Of a DNA stretch of 64,000 bases, positions 60,053-64,000 are shown one piece after another. A model generated the notes under the pieces. It was not told the origin of the DNA and made no database searches. It saw only the letters and a program-made list of their open reading frames with translations. The number at the start of each line of letters is the position of its first letter. The first letter of the stretch is position 1. The position numbers and the translations under genes were made by a program. The DNA is taken from NCBI GenBank assembly GCA_045862955.1, contig BTVI01000007.1, forward strand, positions 1-64,000. The letters run 5' to 3'. The stretch comes from Fimbriimonadales bacterium (GTDB lineage Bacteria; Armatimonadota; Fimbriimonadia; Fimbriimonadales; JABRVX01).

Positions 60053-60427
60053 ATGAAACACCAGATATGGAGAGCGGCTCCCATCGTCGCCAGTATCGGC
60101 ATACTCGTGGTAGGGCTACTGCGGCTCGCTGGGATTGCGTGGGGTCAGCAGGACACGTGTCCACCGAGCGTCTATGTCCCACCTTGCCCGGCCTTTCAGT
60201 GCAGCTTTCACGTAGGGGAGTCTTTTACGTGCTGCAGTACCAGGCCGAACCGATGCTGCCAATACGTTTGCACCCAGCTGTCCTGTAATGGCACATCTCA
60301 GTCGTGTTGGGGTCAGCTGATGGACAGGCAACTAGTCGAGCAGTACTTCGACGGTCCAGGTTACGTGTATCGCTGCGAGGATCCACCGGGCGTGTGCACG
60401 ATCCATTTCCCTGCTAGACCTCGCTAG
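60053..60427 (+). CDS. Small secreted Cys-rich protein (12 Cys)
   Basis: Hydrophobic leader ending AWG-QQ; 12 Cys in the mature part; co-oriented with the pilin gene. Confidence 0.7.
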   Translation: MKHQIWRAAPIVASIGILVVGLLRLAGIAWGQQDTCPPSVYVPPCPAFQCSFHVGESFTCCSTRPNRCCQYVCTQLSCNGTSQSCWGQLMDRQLVEQYFDGPGYVYRCEDPPGVCTIHFPARPR

Positions 60428-60494
60428 ACGCCGTTAGCCCAGTTGCATCCATTCAACCCCTTCACCGCTCCTCCAGGGGAGACACGCGTGACTG

Positions 60495-61568
60495 CTACCA
60501 CCCTAATCGTCGAAGGAGCTCACGGGCCCGGGACTCGCTGCCTGCCCTAGTGATGGCGAACAGCCCTTGCGTGCCGACGGCGTCCACTAGGGGGAGCAAA
60601 TGATCGGGTTCCACCTCCACTGCCTGCACGCTCTTTCCCGCATCCCTGATACGCCGATACAGGTCGTACCACTGCGGGTCCCCGCCTCGCGGCAATCCCG
60701 CCTGCGGCGTCCACTCTATCGCGTGGATAGACTCGATGCTTAGCAGCGCATCGAGGTGAGGCAGCGCTTGCGTCCCGTCCAGGTGATACAGCACGAAGTC
60801 CATTCTTCGGCACTGCTCGTCCAGCGCTGGCACGACGAACTCACGAAACATCGCCGGACTGATCATGCACGAGAAATCACACTGCACCTTTGCCGTCTTG
60901 CCAGGTCCCCACAGCTGGAAGGCGGTGAATGCGCTCCCTCCCCACGGGTCTCGCACCCTCTCCAACAGCCGGTCGTACGCCTCGAAGTACGCAGCGTTGA
61001 TTTCCGACAAGCACTTCTTTACCCACTCCGGTCGCTCGAGTAGGTCCATCAGTGTGTGATCCGCGCCTCGTAACTGGGCGAGGGTGTCTATGTTCTCGAT
61101 GAGGTCCGGGAAGCCCAGCAGGTACCTGCCTTCCGCAAAGCGAGCGGCCCGCTCTAGCACCTCGAGATGAAGCTTCCACCACCGGTTCTCGGGATCGAAG
61201 CGCAGAGGCGGGTGGCGGTCCGGGTCGGAGATGCAGGGCTGGTACCACACGGTGTTCTCCGCCACGTGCCCTTCGGCTCCCAGGAACAGCCCGAGGCTGC
61301 CCGGCCCGCCCACGTCGCCATCGAAGAGCGGAAACGCCACCCCACCGAAGAAGGTGTTGGCCATGCGGTACAGCTCTCGCTGCAACCGCAGGTCCGGGTC
61401 CAGCCACAGGTCCTGCTCCGAGGCGTCAGGCGGCGGGGGCGGGACGTCCTCCCACGGCTCGTCCTTGGGGGCAGTTATGTGAACGGCGAGGCCCTTGCCC
61501 GCCCACCAGTCGGTGAAAGCCTGCCGTGCTTTCGGCCAGTCGTCCTTCCAGAGGCCCGGTTCGCTCAC
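60495..61568 (-). CDS. UroD/MtaA-like (methylcobamide methyltransferase superfamily) protein
   Basis: QCDFSCMISPAMFREFVVP, YHLDG; GTGA overlap with mtaB. Confidence 0.7.
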   Translation of the reverse strand: MSEPGLWKDDWPKARQAFTDWWAGKGLAVHITAPKDEPWEDVPPPPPDASEQDLWLDPDLRLQRELYRMANTFFGGVAFPLFDGDVGGPGSLGLFLGAEGHVAENTVWYQPCISDPDRHPPLRFDPENRWWKLHLEVLERAARFAEGRYLLGFPDLIENIDTLAQLRGADHTLMDLLERPEWVKKCLSEINAAYFEAYDRLLERVRDPWGGSAFTAFQLWGPGKTAKVQCDFSCMISPAMFREFVVPALDEQCRRMDFVLYHLDGTQALPHLDALLSIESIHAIEWTPQAGLPRGGDPQWYDLYRRIRDAGKSVQAVEVEPDHLLPLVDAVGTQGLFAITRAGSESRARELLRRLGW

Positions 61569-62965
61569 GGCGTGAGGCCATACTCTTCGGGCACGTAGTT
61601 CACGTGACTCATCTCGCCGAGCATCTCGCGGGTGAAGGCGTCTTCGTCCTCCGGAATGGCCTCCGCCTCTCTCGACATGCGGTCCAGCCAACGGGCTTCG
61701 GCCTCCGCGATACGCAGGTGCCCGGCCGACCACGCGTTTCGGATCTCCTCCAGCGCAACCAGTACGGCACGCCTCGTCTGCAGGAAGTGCGTCGGTTCCT
61801 TCACGATGTGCTGCGAGATCCGTAGAACCACGTCGGGACGGAGCACGTAGGCCTGTGGGTCCAGGGCGGAGTCCGAGTCGGACAGCCAGTCGCGCAGGCG
61901 CAGGGCGTCCTCGTGCGAGCGGCTGGAGGCCGAGTTGAGCAGCCTGCAGTCGTATATGAGCTGTTCCACAGAGACGGTCGGTGCGTAGTCGCTCAGTAGC
62001 CGCACGTTCTGCACGCTCTCGTTAGACCAGCAGTCGCATACGGCTTGTGCGATGTTGCCCATGGTGCTTAGGTGCGCGCAAGCGGCACTTCGGCCTTCCA
62101 TGGAGATGGGCACACCGGCGATGGCCTTCATGTAAGGCCCTTCGTAGGCGCAGTCCTTGCTCGGCCCGACAGCGCCCCGCTCATAGGCCACTAGGCTCCG
62201 TGGCACGGAGGCCACACGCGCCACCGCAGCGAACACGCGCGGGATCATCTTCTGCTCCGCCAGAGCCATCGCCGTGTTTGCGAAGCCGCACGCTGTGTCG
62301 CCCGAGGGGATGACGCCGTTCTCCCTGCACACGCCGACGATACGGTCCCACAGGAACTCCATGTCCCTGCACGCCAACACGCCGAGCGCGAACACCAGCG
62401 CCCGCAGGTCGCCCGTCATCAAGGCTTCGTCCGAGATCTCCTTGCCCCCGGTGGACTCGATTGCGAGCAGGTCGGCGCCCGCAGCGGCAGCCTGCTGGAA
62501 CAAACCCATCATGCCTTCCCAGTATTGGCTGGTCTTCATGTGGGTCGGGCGTTCCATGTCCCGATTGTCGTTCGGTGTCAGCCTGAGCGCGTTCTTCTGG
62601 CCGTGTTTGTCGTGATACTCCTTCAGGGTGTCGGCGAGGATGCGGGTGACATCGGCACCCCAGGCCGGCCGCATGGTCATGGGTGGCAACGTTTCGAACT
62701 CTACGAGCAGGGCAGGTGCTTCGAGCGCAACGGCGCGCTCACACACTCGGCGGATCATGTCCGAGTACTGCTCGCGAACCTCGGGCCACGTCGCCTCGCC
62801 GATGTCAATTGGGGGAAGCGTGAAGTTGACCTCTGGGATCACGGTCCCCGTACCGATCTCCACTCCACGCCCACAGGTGACAGGCTTGGGGGCGTGACCG
62901 AAGACAAAGTCATCCAGAGAGGCGATCGCGAGCGAGCCGTTCTTCCAGGCGGGTTCCGGCGGCAT
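61565..62965 (-). CDS. mtaB: Methanol:corrinoid methyltransferase subunit B-like
   Basis: IESTGGKE, GDTACGFANTAM, GPSKDCAYE, EGRSAACAH, DCWSNESVQ. Confidence 0.85.
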   Translation of the reverse strand: MPPEPAWKNGSLAIASLDDFVFGHAPKPVTCGRGVEIGTGTVIPEVNFTLPPIDIGEATWPEVREQYSDMIRRVCERAVALEAPALLVEFETLPPMTMRPAWGADVTRILADTLKEYHDKHGQKNALRLTPNDNRDMERPTHMKTSQYWEGMMGLFQQAAAAGADLLAIESTGGKEISDEALMTGDLRALVFALGVLACRDMEFLWDRIVGVCRENGVIPSGDTACGFANTAMALAEQKMIPRVFAAVARVASVPRSLVAYERGAVGPSKDCAYEGPYMKAIAGVPISMEGRSAACAHLSTMGNIAQAVCDCWSNESVQNVRLLSDYAPTVSVEQLIYDCRLLNSASSRSHEDALRLRDWLSDSDSALDPQAYVLRPDVVLRISQHIVKEPTHFLQTRRAVLVALEEIRNAWSAGHLRIAEAEARWLDRMSREAEAIPEDEDAFTREMLGEMSHVNYVPEEYGLTP

Positions 62966-62969
62966 GGCG

Positions 62970-63605
62970 TTACGCGGCGGTCAGCGAGCGCGCGACACGG
63001 ACTGCTCCGCTTGCGTTATCGCTGAACCCGTGCGCACCGATCTCGTCAGCGTACGCTTGCGTCACGGGTGCGCCGCCTATCATCACCTTAACCTTACCGT
63101 GCAATCCGGCTTCCTTCATTGCTTGGACTGTGGCTTTCATCCCCGGCATCGTGGTTGTAAGCAACGCGGACATCGCCACGATCTGCGCGTTGTTCTCCTG
63201 CGCCGCCTGCACGAACTTCTCGGGACTCACGTCCACGCCGAGGTCCACCACCTCGAACCCCCCGCCTTCCAGCATCGCCGCGACGAGGTTCTTGCCAATG
63301 TCGTGCAGGTCGCCCTTCACGGTTCCGATCACGACCTTGCCGGAGAAGCTACTTCCTCCGGCGACAAGCGCAGGGCGGATCACCTCCATCGCTGCCTTCA
63401 TCGCTCTGGCCGAGATCAGCAGCTCCGGCACGAAGTACTCGTTCGCCTCGTAGCGCCGGCCCACCTCGTCCATTGCTGGGATCATGTACTGAGTGAGCAA
63501 CGTGTTGGGGTCGACACCTTCTGCCAGGGCTTCCTCGACGATGCTCCTCGCCGTGTTCGCCTTACCTTCGAGCACTGCGGTGTACAGGGGGTCTAGTTCG
63601 ACCAT
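62970..63605 (-). CDS. mtaC: Corrinoid-binding methyltransferase cognate protein (MtaC-like)
   Basis: GTVKGDLHDIGKNLV, DLGVDV, SALLTTT, IGGAPV. Confidence 0.85.
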   Translation of the reverse strand: MVELDPLYTAVLEGKANTARSIVEEALAEGVDPNTLLTQYMIPAMDEVGRRYEANEYFVPELLISARAMKAAMEVIRPALVAGGSSFSGKVVIGTVKGDLHDIGKNLVAAMLEGGGFEVVDLGVDVSPEKFVQAAQENNAQIVAMSALLTTTMPGMKATVQAMKEAGLHGKVKVMIGGAPVTQAYADEIGAHGFSDNASGAVRVARSLTAA

Positions 63606-63730
63606 TTGCGCCTTCATCTCCAGGATGAGGCCCCGTGTTCGGAAGTCGTCGCTCCGGTGGGCCTCGCATTGCAACTGCCTATTCTACCAAACCCTTGGAA
63701 TACCTTCTCGGCGTGGGCCAGAAGGCCGAA

Positions 63731-64000
63731 CTACGTGTTGGCGGCACCCGTGTATACGGCACGAAGAACCTCTGCAGGCGTGGTCCATCCCTGCAAAATC
63801 TTCTGGAGGCCGTCCTCCATCATGGTGCGCATACCCTGCTGTCGGGCCGCGTGCAGAAGCTCGGGCGAGGCCCCCCCTCGCGCTATGGCAGTGCGGAACT
63901 CCGGGGTCGCGGTTACCAACTCGAACACGCCGATGCGGCCCTTGTAGCCCGTCTTGCGGCACTCCTCGCAGCCCTTTCCTCGGAAGAACTGTGCGTTGCC
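63731..64000 (-). CDS. 3' end of GspE/PilB-family secretion ATPase (truncated by window)
   Basis: RGKGCEECRKTGYKGRIGVFEL...GMRTMMEDGLQK..GWTTPAEVLR. Confidence 0.88.
   Translation of the reverse strand, partial: GNAQFFRGKGCEECRKTGYKGRIGVFELVTATPEFRTAIARGGASPELLHAARQQGMRTMMEDGLQKILQGWTTPAEVLRAVYTGAANT

Overview
GC-rich bacterial chromosomal window. The gene content (dockerin-tailed secreted proteins, DUF1559-like prepilin, flagellins, an outer-membrane barrel) suggests Armatimonadota; this is inference only. Housekeeping blocks are coaX-glmM-grpE-HNH, a sigma-70 factor, a NatAB-like ABC exporter, tRNA-Cys-scpA-scpB-DD-carboxypeptidase-rluB-BtuF-like, psuG, two flagellins and rarA. Five accessory features stand out. 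(1) Six secreted proteins, four tandem Kelch beta-propellers and two S8 proteases, all end in a homologous Ig-like + dockerin-like tail, with signs of segment exchange between paralogues. (2) A CxxC protein / prepilin / 12-Cys secreted miniprotein cassette sits behind a sigma70 promoter with an A10 tract. (3) An MtaC-MtaB-UroD/MtaA-like corrinoid methyltransferase operon. (4) A sugar catabolism cluster. (5) Four non-coding blocks built from CGTCATGCTGAG-type palindromic repeats, two of them also carrying a ~72-bp element that is split in one place by an insertion with an 8-bp duplication. No CRISPR array, transposase, integrase or reverse transcriptase was seen. All calls come from motif recognition by eye; no searches were run.
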